From contig OZ024743.1 in the NCBI GenBank assembly GCA_964016885.1, positions 118,544,001 through 118,608,000 of the forward strand: DNA of 64,000 nt. The letters run 5' to 3'. Position 1 is the stretch's first letter. Each line of letters begins with the position of its first letter. The DNA comes from Eledone cirrhosa. Lineage: Eukaryota. Under the pieces are notes generated by a model that saw nothing but the letters and a program-made list of their open reading frames with translations, ran no database searches and was not told where the DNA came from. The translations under genes and the position numbers were made by a program. Positions 15,001-24,414 of this stretch are shown piece after piece.

Positions 15001-15666
15001 GTAGATGGCAAATTTTGGTGGTAACTTTAGGATTTGTTGTTCTTGTTCACTGATTAAAGTGTTCCCATAGATATTTACTGTGTGGTCATTGGTAAATTCT
15101 TCCGGTAGTTTTACATCACTCATACGGATGTTGTCGATGTTATCTGGGTATTTTTGAGAATATTCGATTTTCCTTTCTTGTAGTTTTTTCTTATTCATCC
15201 ATTCTAATTTCTTCTTGAAATGCCTACAGCATTCGTTTTGAGCATATTTCGTTTCGCGTCGGATGACGCTCATGAAGTCATCTCTCTCGTTTGCTGTGAT
15301 GAGATTTCGGATTTCCTTACCGTTGATGCGTTTTTGTCTGTAGAGTGCGTTGACTTTTGTGTATGTTGTTCTTTTCATATTAACTGTTATTGTGTGTTTT
15401 AGCCGTTCAGCTTGTGTTTTGTTCAATAATAAATTATTTACTTGTTTTGATATGTTTGTTGTGTATGTTTTGGAGGAAACACAGTGTTTTAAGAAGCGGA
15501 TTTGTTCTGTTGTTATTGTAGTTTTTATATAACAGAAAACAGTGTCTTTCAATAACCTTTCAGCTTGGCACAAGCTAATGCCATAGCGGCGATGAATTAG
15601 TTTTGCGAGGTTTTTTATATGAAATCGTGTGTCGAAACAGATATTGTTATATTTGGGGAGGGTCAT
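12037..15666 (-). CDS. PLE polyprotein, 1209 aa: Asn-rich insert, reverse transcriptase and GIY-YIG endonuclease
   Basis: PTDKSG, LYGLRKDHK, RPVC, SMDVVSLYPSI, GAAIG, RYVDD, LPVLD, C..C/C..C linker, VVYSI...YIGETAR..ER..H, R...E...I, PKLN. Confidence 0.95.
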   Translation of the reverse strand: MTLPKYNNICFDTRFHIKNLAKLIHRRYGISLCQAERLLKDTVFCYIKTTITTEQIRFLKHCVSSKTYTTNISKQVNNLLLNKTQAERLKHTITVNMKRTTYTKVNALYRQKRINGKEIRNLITANERDDFMSVIRRETKYAQNECCRHFKKKLEWMNKKKLQERKIEYSQKYPDNIDNIRMSDVKLPEEFTNDHTVNIYGNTLISEQEQQILKLPPKFAIYKKINPMECKTELEKCFTKIRWNAKVNNNNNNNGSSNINNNSGYRNNSHNHNNGRKVRNSDNGNNTSDRQNNNNHNNNNNRNVNHRHSNSDHSSNNGNNTNNNNNNNHSGNNGNSTCSNINKNKKHNNSNNHNGRNSSNNNNNGEVNNNTSSNHNNNNINAKDRNNNNHHDNNNSNTHNYDDRNNDNPLEKLFFNPADKTYKMGNIYPTRLPFNKRVCIPQQIDDETEAQFTIARNKIRQVVDRYTMRQSRPEAQQLGIKPVEGLVSLKQRTRDGEVVCLPTDKSGRMSIDSMPNYIEAMQPHITNTSEVAQLTHDGREKILNAHMMMWTDILKPSRRTANNFQASNNGIPPLYGLRKDHKTVDDPTIGPPTRPVCGANIASNYRISYFLSMVIRPIIKMSPDVCESTEDLLSRISECNKNRSLSNCIIGSMDVVSLYPSINIDFAVKRCVEMIIESEVEFCDVDTDELGLLLRLTYDTDYLDSHDLRCFCPSRPIRGRPPTITSMAKKTPIGRWIGWTKAIRTPQNTDQVRKMVAHAIGASIKTTLKGHIFKFNEKIYTQNEGAAIGVSIAGDVANLFMVWWERRLKDLLNESSIDLIMYSRYVDDINIVIRTPPLESTNKFDLERSTMESIQQIANSIHQSITVTIDFPSKHPNNRLPVLDTELWINTIDERAQILHSHYAKPMASKYLILKNSAMSSSAKFNILIADLVRVMKNVSSMCDPTEMEGHIQHFINRMQFSGYNQRDRVRVYEGAMEKYKTLIELDMKGICPLYRSKSWNSLDRARHKIGKATSWYDNQRYQSVMFVDATPGGKLANQCRKALRKTHLKIKVVEKPGTTIKSLISKTYPFKKTHCTNRKCIICKVNPRINCKTRNVVYSIRCTEGTCRNTTTTYIGETARSIGERIDQHWGELKGRKNGPVLYEHARQHHDGNIDNIEIRIISKHRNDPADRQIREASEIEIRRPKLNRKNEWNNNNTQTNNTDLREV

Positions 15667-16166
15667 ATTTGCGTAATATTGCCAGAATTAATAACAGAAC
15701 ACACTCACTGTTTGGTTGGTTTTCGCTTCTCGCTGTCTTTTATATATATATATCTGCGATCTAACTTACTCGGTCCTCAATGTTGCCATTGACTGACCGG
15801 CGGTCAAAAATAATACAGATACAATATAGACAAACACTTATATATATAGTTTACATAAATCTTTCGTTGCACATCTGCAACATCGTCAGTGGTGTTATAT
15901 TCATTGTTCCTCCTGTTGTGTTGTATGTCTACGCCATTTTTTTTGTTCAGTCTGTCTATATATTTATTTATTTATTTGCTTGTTTGTTTATCTTATTTTA
16001 TTTTGTCTTCTTTGCGCATGCGTTTGCGTGTGTGTATAGTGTTATGTGTGATGTGTGATGTGTGACTAGTGTGTATAGTGTTGTCTGCTGGGTGACTAGT
16101 GTGTGTTTATGTGCTTGTGTATGTATTTATTTATCTTATTTTATTTAATTTAATTTACTTATTTAT

Positions 16167-19100
16167 TTATACTTCTCTTAGGTCAGTGTTGTTTGTTTGG
16201 GTGTTGTTGTTGTTCCACTCATTCTTTCTGTTTAGCTTTGGTCTTCTAATTTCTATTTCACTGGCCTCTCTGATTTGCCTATCTGCTGGGTCATTCCTAT
16301 GTTTAGATATTATTCTAATTTCTATGTTGTCTATGTTACCGTCATGATGTTGTCTAGCATGTTCGTATAGTACTGACCCGTTTTTTCGTCCTTTTAGTTC
16401 CCCCCAGTGTTGGTCTATCCTTTCACCTATGCTACGAGCTGTCTCACCTATGTATGTTGTTGTCGTGTTTCTGCAAGTACCCTCTGTACATCTTATGCTA
16501 TAGACTACGTTTCTAGTTTTACAGTTTATCCGGGGGTTCACCTTACATATGATACATTTCCTATTGGTACAGTGGGTTTTCTTAAAAGGGTAGGTTTTGC
16601 TGATCAGGGATTTTATGGTGGTTCCTGGCTTTTCTACCACCTTTATTTTTAAGTGGGTCTTTCTCAGGGCCTTTCTACACTGGTTAGCTAATTTCCCTCC
16701 AGGGGTGGCGTCCACAAACATGACACTCTGATATCTCTGGTTGTCGTACCATGATGTGGCCTTCCCTATCTTATGTCTAGCCCTATCTAAGCTATTCCAT
16801 GATTTGCTCCTGTATAGTGGGCAAATTCCTTTCATGTCCAGTTCTATGAGGGTCTTATACTTTTCCATGGCTCCTTCGTATACTCTGACTCTGTCTCTTT
16901 GGTTGTAGCCAGAGAACTGCATGCGGTTGATGAAGTGTTGGATGTGTCCTTCCATTTCTGTTGGGTCGCACATGCTGGACACATTCTTCATCACTCGTAC
17001 CAAATCTGCGATCAGAATATTAAACTTAGCACTACTGGACATTGCTGAGTTTTTGAGTATCAGGTATTTGGAGGCCATGGGTTTAGCATAGTGTGAGTGG
17101 AGAATTTGGGCTCTCTCGTCTATAGTGTTAATCCAGAGTTCTGTGTCTAATACAGGTAGTCTATTGTTAGGGTGTTTGGAAGGGAAGTCTATAGTTACAG
17201 TTATACTCTGGTGTATGGAATTAGCTATCTGCTGGATGCTTTCCATCGTGCTACGTTCTAAATCAAACTTGTTAGTGCTCTCTAGTGGGGGTGTTCTTAT
17301 AACTATATTGATATCGTCTACATAACGAGAGTACATGATGAGGTCTATGGAGCTTTCATTAAGGAGATCTTTAAGTCTCCTTTCCCACCATACCATGAAA
17401 AGGTTGGCAACATCGCCAGCTATGCTGACGCCGATGGCTGCTCCCTCATTTTGGGTGTAGATTTTCTCATTGAACTTAAATATGTGGCCCTTTAGGGTAG
17501 TTTTGATACTAGCCCCTATTGCATGTGCGACCATTTTTCTTACCTGATCAGTGTTTTGGGGGGTCCGTATAGCTTTGGTCCACCCAATCCACCTTCCTAT
17601 GGGAGTCTTTTTAGCCATTGAGGTTATGGTGGGGGGTCTACCTCTTATAGGTCTACTAGGGCAGAAACATCTAAGGTCATGGCTGTCTAGGTAGTCAGTG
17701 TCGTAGGTAAGTCTAAGTAGGAGGCCCAGTTCGTCTGTGTCGACGTCGCAGAACTCCACCTCACTCTCAATGATCATCTCCACACATCTTTTCACAGCAA
17801 AATCAATGTTAATGGATGGGTACAGTGACACCACATCCATGCTGCCTATTATGCAGTTGGATAGGCTCCTGTTTTTGTTGCACTCACTGATTCTGCTGAG
17901 GAGGTCCTCTGTACTTTCACATACATCTGGGGACATCTTGATTATGGGGCGTATAACCATTGAGAGGAAGTAGGAGATCCTGTAGTTGCTAGCTATATTA
18001 GCTCCGCATACAGGTCTTGTTGGTGGTCCTATTGTCGGGTCGTCGACTGTCTTGTGGTCTTTGCGGAGCCCATACAAGGGTGGTATGCCATTGTTAGACG
18101 CCTGGAAGTTGTTGGCAGTGCGTCTGCTTGGCTTTAGGATGTCAGTCCACATCATCATGTGAGCGTTGAGGATTTTTTCTCTCCCATCGTGTGTTAGTTG
18201 TGCAACTTCGCTCGTGTTGGTGATGTGGGGTTGCATTGCCTCGATGTAGTTCGGCATGCTATCTATTGACATCCTACCAGACTTATCTGTGGGTAGACAC
18301 ACTACCTCACCATCCCTTGTGCGCTGCTTGAGGCTAACCAAGCCTTCTACAGGTTTTATCCCAAGTTGTTGGGCCTCTGGTCTGCTCTGTCTCATAGTGT
18401 ACCTGTCTACTACTTGTCTAATCTTATTTCTAGCTATGGTGAACTGTGCCTCCGTCTCGTCATCTATTTGTTGTGGTATGCAAACTCTTTTATTAAAGGG
18501 TAACCTCGTAGGATAGATATTACCCATCTTATATGTTTTGTCAGCTGGGTTGAAAAATAGTTTCTCTAAGGGGTTGTCGTTATTTCTATCGTCATAGTTG
18601 TGTGTGTTGCTATTATTGTTATCATGGTGGTTGTTGTTGTTTCTATCCTTAGCATTAATATTATTATTGTTATGATTGCTAGATGTATTGTTGTTTACTT
18701 CACCGTTATTGTTGTTGTTACTGCTATTTCTACCATTGTGGTTGTTACTATTATTATGTTTCTTGTTTTTGTTGATGTTGCTACATGTACTATTTCCATT
18801 ATTACCACTGTGGTTATTGTTGTTGTTGTTGTTCGTATTGTTACCGTTATTACTACTGTGGTCACTGTTGCTGTGTCTGTGGTTAACGTTTCTATTATTA
18901 TTATTATTGTGGTTGTTGTTGTTCTGTCTATCGCTAGTATTATTACCATTATCACTATTTCTCACTTTCCTGCCATTGTTATGGTTATGGCTGTTATTTC
19001 TATACCCAGAGTTATTGTTTATATTACTACTACCGTTATTATTGTTGTTGTTGTTTACCTTTGCATTCCAACGTATTTTTGTGAAACACTTTTCCAGCTC

Positions 19101-19796
19101 CGTTTTGCATTCCATAGGATTAATCTTTTTGTAGATGGCAAATTTTGGTGGTAACTTTAGGATTTGTTGTTCTTGTTCACTGATTAAAGTGTTCCCATAG
19201 ATATTTACTGTGTGGTCATTGGTAAATTCTTCCGGTAGTTTTACATCACTCATACGGATGTTGTCGATGTTATCTGGGTATTTTTGAGAATATTCGATTT
19301 TCCTTTCTTGTAGTTTTTTCTTATTCATCCATTCTAATTTCTTCTTGAAATGCCTACAGCATTCGTTTTGAGCATATTTCGTTTCGCGTCGGATGACGCT
19401 CATGAAGTCATCTCTCTCGTTTGCTGTGATGAGATTTCGGATTTCCTTACCGTTGATGCGTTTTTGTCTGTAGAGTGCGTTGACTTTTGTGTATGTTGTT
19501 CTTTTCATATTAACTGTTATTGTGTGTTTTAGCCGTTCAGCTTGTGTTTTGTTCAATAATAAATTATTTACTTGTTTTGATATGTTTGTTGTGTATGTTT
19601 TGGAGGAAACACAGTGTTTTAAGAAGCGGATTTGTTCTGTTGTTATTGTAGTTTTTATATAACAGAAAACAGTGTCTTTCAATAACCTTTCAGCTTGGCA
19701 CAAGCTAATGCCATAGCGGCGATGAATTAGTTTTGCGAGGTTTTTTATATGAAATCGTGTGTCGAAACAGATATTGTTATATTTGGGGAGGGTCAT
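16167..19796 (-). CDS. PLE polyprotein, 1209 aa, second intact copy
   Basis: Identical to 12037-15666 except KNGSVL versus KNGPVL. Confidence 0.95.
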   Translation of the reverse strand: MTLPKYNNICFDTRFHIKNLAKLIHRRYGISLCQAERLLKDTVFCYIKTTITTEQIRFLKHCVSSKTYTTNISKQVNNLLLNKTQAERLKHTITVNMKRTTYTKVNALYRQKRINGKEIRNLITANERDDFMSVIRRETKYAQNECCRHFKKKLEWMNKKKLQERKIEYSQKYPDNIDNIRMSDVKLPEEFTNDHTVNIYGNTLISEQEQQILKLPPKFAIYKKINPMECKTELEKCFTKIRWNAKVNNNNNNNGSSNINNNSGYRNNSHNHNNGRKVRNSDNGNNTSDRQNNNNHNNNNNRNVNHRHSNSDHSSNNGNNTNNNNNNNHSGNNGNSTCSNINKNKKHNNSNNHNGRNSSNNNNNGEVNNNTSSNHNNNNINAKDRNNNNHHDNNNSNTHNYDDRNNDNPLEKLFFNPADKTYKMGNIYPTRLPFNKRVCIPQQIDDETEAQFTIARNKIRQVVDRYTMRQSRPEAQQLGIKPVEGLVSLKQRTRDGEVVCLPTDKSGRMSIDSMPNYIEAMQPHITNTSEVAQLTHDGREKILNAHMMMWTDILKPSRRTANNFQASNNGIPPLYGLRKDHKTVDDPTIGPPTRPVCGANIASNYRISYFLSMVIRPIIKMSPDVCESTEDLLSRISECNKNRSLSNCIIGSMDVVSLYPSINIDFAVKRCVEMIIESEVEFCDVDTDELGLLLRLTYDTDYLDSHDLRCFCPSRPIRGRPPTITSMAKKTPIGRWIGWTKAIRTPQNTDQVRKMVAHAIGASIKTTLKGHIFKFNEKIYTQNEGAAIGVSIAGDVANLFMVWWERRLKDLLNESSIDLIMYSRYVDDINIVIRTPPLESTNKFDLERSTMESIQQIANSIHQSITVTIDFPSKHPNNRLPVLDTELWINTIDERAQILHSHYAKPMASKYLILKNSAMSSSAKFNILIADLVRVMKNVSSMCDPTEMEGHIQHFINRMQFSGYNQRDRVRVYEGAMEKYKTLIELDMKGICPLYRSKSWNSLDRARHKIGKATSWYDNQRYQSVMFVDATPGGKLANQCRKALRKTHLKIKVVEKPGTTIKSLISKTYPFKKTHCTNRKCIICKVNPRINCKTRNVVYSIRCTEGTCRNTTTTYIGETARSIGERIDQHWGELKGRKNGSVLYEHARQHHDGNIDNIEIRIISKHRNDPADRQIREASEIEIRRPKLNRKNEWNNNNTQTNNTDLREV

Positions 19797-20305
19797 ATTT
19801 GCGTAATATTGCCAGAATTAATAACAGAACACACTCACTGTTTGGTTGGTTTTCGCTTCTCGCTGTCTTTTATATATATATATCTGCGATCTAACTTACT
19901 CGGTCCTCAATGTTGCCATTGACTGACCGGCGGTCAAAAATAATACAGATACAATATAGACAAACACTTATATATATAGTTTACATAAATCTTTCGTTGC
20001 ACATCTGCAACATCGTCAGTGGTGTTATATTCATTGTTCCTCCTGTTGTGTTGTATGTCTACGCCATTTTTTTTGTTTTTTTTGTTCAGTCTGTCTATAT
20101 ATTTATTTATTTATTTGCTTGTTTGTTTATCTTATTTTATTTTGTCTTCTTTGCGCATGCGTTTGCGTGTGTGTATAGTGTTATGTGTGATGTGTGATGT
20201 GTGACTAGTGTGTATAGTGTTGTCTGCTGGGTGACTAGTGTGTGTTTATGTGCTTGTGTATGTATTTATTTATCTTATTTTATTTAATTTAATTTACTTA
20301 TTTAT

Positions 20306-21260
20306 TTATACTTCTCTTAGGTCAGTGTTGTTTGTTTGGGTGTTGTTGTTGTTCCACTCATTCTTTCTGTTTAGCTTTGGTCTTCTAATTTCTATTTCAC
20401 TGGCCTCTCTGATTTGCCTATCTGCTGGGTCATTCCTATGTTTAGATATTATTCTAATTTCTATGTTGTCTATGTTACCGTCATGATGTTGTCTAGCATG
20501 TTCGTATAGTACTGACCCGTTTTTTCGTCCTTTTAGTTCCCCCCAGTGTTGGTCTATCCTTTCACCTATGCTACGAGCTGTCTCACCTATGTATGTTGTT
20601 GTCGTGTTTCTGCAAGTACCCTCTGTACATCTTATGCTATAGACTACGTTTCTAGTTTTACAGTTTATCCGGGGGTTCACCTTACATATGATACATTTCC
20701 TATTGGTACAGTGGGTTTTCTTAAAAGGGTAGGTTTTGCTGATCAGGGATTTTATGGTGGTTCCTGGCTTTTCTACCACCTTTATTTTTAAGTGGGTCTT
20801 TCTCAGGGCCTTTCTACACTGGTTAGCTAATTTCCCTCCAGGGGTGGCGTCCACAAACATGACACTCTGATATCTCTGGTTGTCGTACCATGATGTGGCC
20901 TTCCCTATCTTATGTCTAGCCCTATCTAAGCTATTCCATGATTTGCTCCTGTATAGTGGGCAAATTCCTTTCATGTCCAGTTCTATGAGGGTCTTATACT
21001 TTTCCATGGCTCCTTCGTATACTCTGACTCTGTCTCTTTGGTTGTAGCCAGAGAACTGCATGCGGTTGATGAAGTGTTGGATGTGTCCTTCCATTTCTGT
21101 TGGGTCGCACATGCTGGACACATTCTTCATCACTCGTACCAAATCTGCGATCAGAATATTAAACTTAGCACTACTGGACATTGCTGAGTTTTTGAGTATC
21201 AGGTATTTGGAGGCCATGGGTTTAGCATAGTGTGAGTGGAGAATTTGGGCTCTCTCGTCT

Positions 21261-21264
<4 letters not shown>
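20306..21264 (-). pseudogene. 5'-truncated third copy of the PLE-B ORF (thumb and GIY-YIG)
   Basis: Matches the C-terminal about 320 aa and is truncated at (TA)n at 21265. Confidence 0.93.
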
Positions 21265-21300
<36 letters not shown>

Positions 21301-21509
21301 TAATATGCAAAACGTGAAACCGAAGAAACCAAGCAGACGCTGCAGCACGATTTAAAAATATATTAGTTTAACGCTTGATATAGTGTGAAAAGAGTCTTAA
21401 CGTTTCGGACACTTGTCCTGCAGCAAAAGATGAATTAGAAAGATAGAGAGTGAGAATGGGAAGGAACGGACAAAATTGTTTTAAGAGGAAGAGGAAGCGG
21501 CCATTATTG

Positions 21510-21695
21510 TCAACATCGACCTTGTTATGGTATGGTGGGAGAGATGAATTAAGTCACACATAGAAGAGACTCTGATTACGTAGATGCCACCAATATAGTT
21601 GTTAAAACATTCATATTAGAGAATTAGAAATAAGCATCATAGAAAGTATCCAGCAAATAGCTATCCCCATTCCACCAGAGTATTAAACTTACAGA
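21510..21695 (+). pseudogene. Old diverged PLE-B-family RT fragment
   Basis: Encodes LVMVWWER, YVDATNIVV and ESIQQIA, matching LFMVWWER, YVDDINIVI and ESIQQIA of the 1209-aa ORF. Confidence 0.8.
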
Positions 21696-21758
21696 TAGCC
21701 TATGTTTGATGTATTCAACAAAATACATCAAACATAGACTATCTGTGCTAGGTATATA

Positions 21759-21950
21759 TCTGTATATCTAAATCAGAGAATGTCTGTCTGTCTCTCTGTT
21801 TGTTTGTCTGTCGGATCACTAAAACTCGAGAACCACCGAACCGATTGTTTTCAACCTTTACACATGTAATACTTATGGTCCTGTGAGTGTTTTGAGCAAA
21901 ACAGATTTCAAATTTGCAATGCGCTATGGACCGCATTATGCGATTTAGCG
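21759..21950 (+). mobile_element. Non-autonomous Helitron-like 5' end
   Basis: TCTGTATATCTAAA start, a (TGTC)n tract, then CTAAAACTCGAGAA..CCGATT..TTCAA. Homologous to the element starting at 27418. Confidence 0.55.
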
Positions 21951-22195
21951 ATCTCTCTCTATAATTCTTAGTATTTCTCTTTTTAGATAAGTACATAGAT
22001 ATAACGTTGCGCCCTTATAATATCTCTCTGTATGCCTGGCGGTCTGCATTACGACAGTATGACGTGGCTGTGTGTGTGTGTAACGTTTTTTGAAATATTT
22101 ACTTCTGCGTTCACAGATTGATTTTTTTATTTTAGTTTCAGAAGATCCCGTTAAGGGTGAAAGCAGCGATTATTTGCTTAAACTTTAATCTGTTA

Positions 22196-22255
<60 letters not shown>

Positions 22256-22433
22256 TATATTCGTGTACAGATATTTTTGCATACACAATAACAAAATATA
22301 AACAAAAGTATTTATTTCGTGATAAAGTATTGATTTTCTTCGCACGGAAAAAGACCCTGGTAATCTACAACGAATTTTTTTATAAGAACAAAATGTAGAC
22401 ACCATCCCGAGGCCGAGGTACTTCTCAGTACTG

Positions 22434-22472
<39 letters not shown>

Positions 22473-22475
<3 letters not shown>

Positions 22476-23791
22476 GAATGGAGGATCAAAAAAGTTCGCG
22501 GAGTTTTTCAGAAAATATTCTATTTTTCAAAAAATATGATTTACCATCAATTTATTTTTCTACATAGTTTGATATCCAGGTCAATACACTTGACAAGGCG
22601 ATGCTTCCAGCTTCGTAAGCCGTCTCTAAAGAAAGTTGAAGGCCTTGTTCGAAGCCATGTGTTGGCAGTGCTTTTAGCTTCTTCAACACCACTAACACGG
22701 GTTCCTTTTAGCATTTCTTTGAGTTTTGGAAAGAGGAAAAAGTCTGATGGGGCTAAATCTGGACTATAAGGCGGGTGAGGAAGCACTTCCCATCGAAATT
22801 CTCGAGGAACTTCTTTTGCAACCCACGCAGAATGCGCTGGTGCATTGTCATGGTGAAACAAGATCCCACCATGAAGTTTCCCTTTTCGTTTCTTGACTAA
22901 AGCCTCTTTCAGCTTCCTTAAAACATTTGCATAGTAAGCTCCTGTCACAGTTCTTTGACCTTCAAGATAATCTATTAGTATCACCCCATCTGAATCCCAG
23001 AAAATGGTGGCCATCACTTTTTGATCCGACTTTTGAGATTTGAACTTGATTGGCCCCGATGATCCACGTGGAAGCCACTGTTTTGACTGCTGTTTGGATT
23101 CAGCATCATACTGGTAGATCCAGGTTTCATCTCCGGTGATGATTCTGGTCAGGAAATGCTCTTCATCAACTTCAATTTTGTTTAATATCGTCAAAGACAG
23201 ATCACTTCGAAGAATCAGCTGATTAGGGCGTAACGCTTTTGGGACGGATCGCGCTGAAAGCTTGCTTAGTCCCAAATTATCGTGTAGAATTGAATTTGCC
23301 GAACCATATGAAATGTCTAGGGACTTAGCTAACTGATTAACTGTTATTCTTCGATCTTCTTCAATTAAAGTCTGAGCAGCCTCAACGTTTTGGTCATTTT
23401 TTTTATGTTCCTAGTCTTCCTTGTGATGGTCGTCTTCAAGGTCGTCTCTCCCTTGTTTGAATCGCTGAATCCACTTGTAGAGAGCAGTTTTCTTTGGAGC
23501 AGTAGTACTGTAAACTTTAACTAAAACCTCCATAATCTGTGTCCCTTTCCATTTCAGTTTCACCAGAAACTTGATATTCGATCTTATCTCAAAATAACTA
23601 TTTTCCATTGTTCCAAAACGAGGTTTTTTAAAGAGTGTCAGTACTGTACAATAGTCCACGCATAACTGACTGCAAGTGACTAATAGCAAGGTAAACACCC
23701 AGTGACAATGTTCTGACATGTTTAATATTGTTTTAATCTATTTTTTTCTTACTACGATAAAATTCCGCGAACTTTTTGATCCCCCATCGTA
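22473..23791 (-). mobile_element. Mariner (DD34D) transposon, full-length but decayed
   Basis: Imperfect TIRs of about 30 bp (acga.tgg.ggatcaaaaagttcgcgga.tttt) flanked by TA runs. Length is about 1.3 kb. Confidence 0.93.
22547..23608 (-). pseudogene. Frameshifted mariner transposase
   Basis: TGDETW, HHDNAPAH, YSPDLAPSDF and a degenerate WVP (RSVPKAL). The N-terminal HTH part is in a separate frame (23411-23608). Confidence 0.92.
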
Positions 23792-23958
23792 TATATATAG
23801 GAGGAGGTTATAGTTCACTTGAAGCATTGTGTAATGAGGTATAAACGTTTGTATATGTATAATAAAGCCAAAACAATGCCGGTATGGACATAGAATAAAG
23901 AATGCAAATGCAAAAGATATTGTTGACAATTAGTCTTTTACTTTAGATTTATTTAAAT

Positions 23959-23997
23959 GTCCTTAATTTTCGAGATAATATCTCTTCTTCGGAGGGA
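23959..23997 (-). ncRNA. Minimal hammerhead-like motif with a CCGAAGA core in the PLE-C pseudo-LTR (decayed copy at 27112-27150)
   Basis: cct-CCGAAGA-a-gagat-att-atctc-GAAA-at-TA-agg, with palindromic stem III AATT. Confidence 0.6.
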
Positions 23998-24414
23998 AGT
24001 AAAGCGGTTAAACCAGTGTTCTAAATAGCTTACCAAGTCATGTTGACAGGAAATGGTATAGAGTATCTGTTCTATCTCTAATGTCAAAGAGTTAAGGTTA
24101 GGTGGATAAATAGTAGTCTCCCTTTAAAAGTTATTATTTTGTACATGCCTGTTTAAGTGTGTGGGAGAATGCATGAAGGTGTAAGTATGTGAGTGTGTGT
24201 GTGTGAGTGTGAGAAGATATGCCTATACGTAAATGTGGGGGATAGATGTTATCTCGTGTTAGAACTGGTCTTTGTGTGTGTATGTGTGTGTGTGAGAGAG
24301 AATAAGTGGTGGTGTAAGCGTGTGTGTGTGTGTGCGTGTGTGCGTGCGTGTGTGTGTGCGTGTGTGTGCGTATGTGTGTGTGGGGTGTGTGTAAATATGG
24401 GGCTAGAAGCTCTA

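Larger units (their letters stand above)
11511..21264 (-). mobile_element. Tandem array of PLE family B with a 4130-bp unit: two complete units plus a 5'-truncated third, in (TA)n
   Basis: Units are 11511-15640, 15641-19770 and 19771-21264, and are almost identical. The array ends about 25 nt into the next ORF start, which is typical of PLE pseudo-LTR tails. Confidence 0.96.

Noticed and set aside
14470-15024. Hydrophobic membrane-like ORFs on +
   Set aside because: They are antisense readings of the Asn-rich (AAY)n tract.
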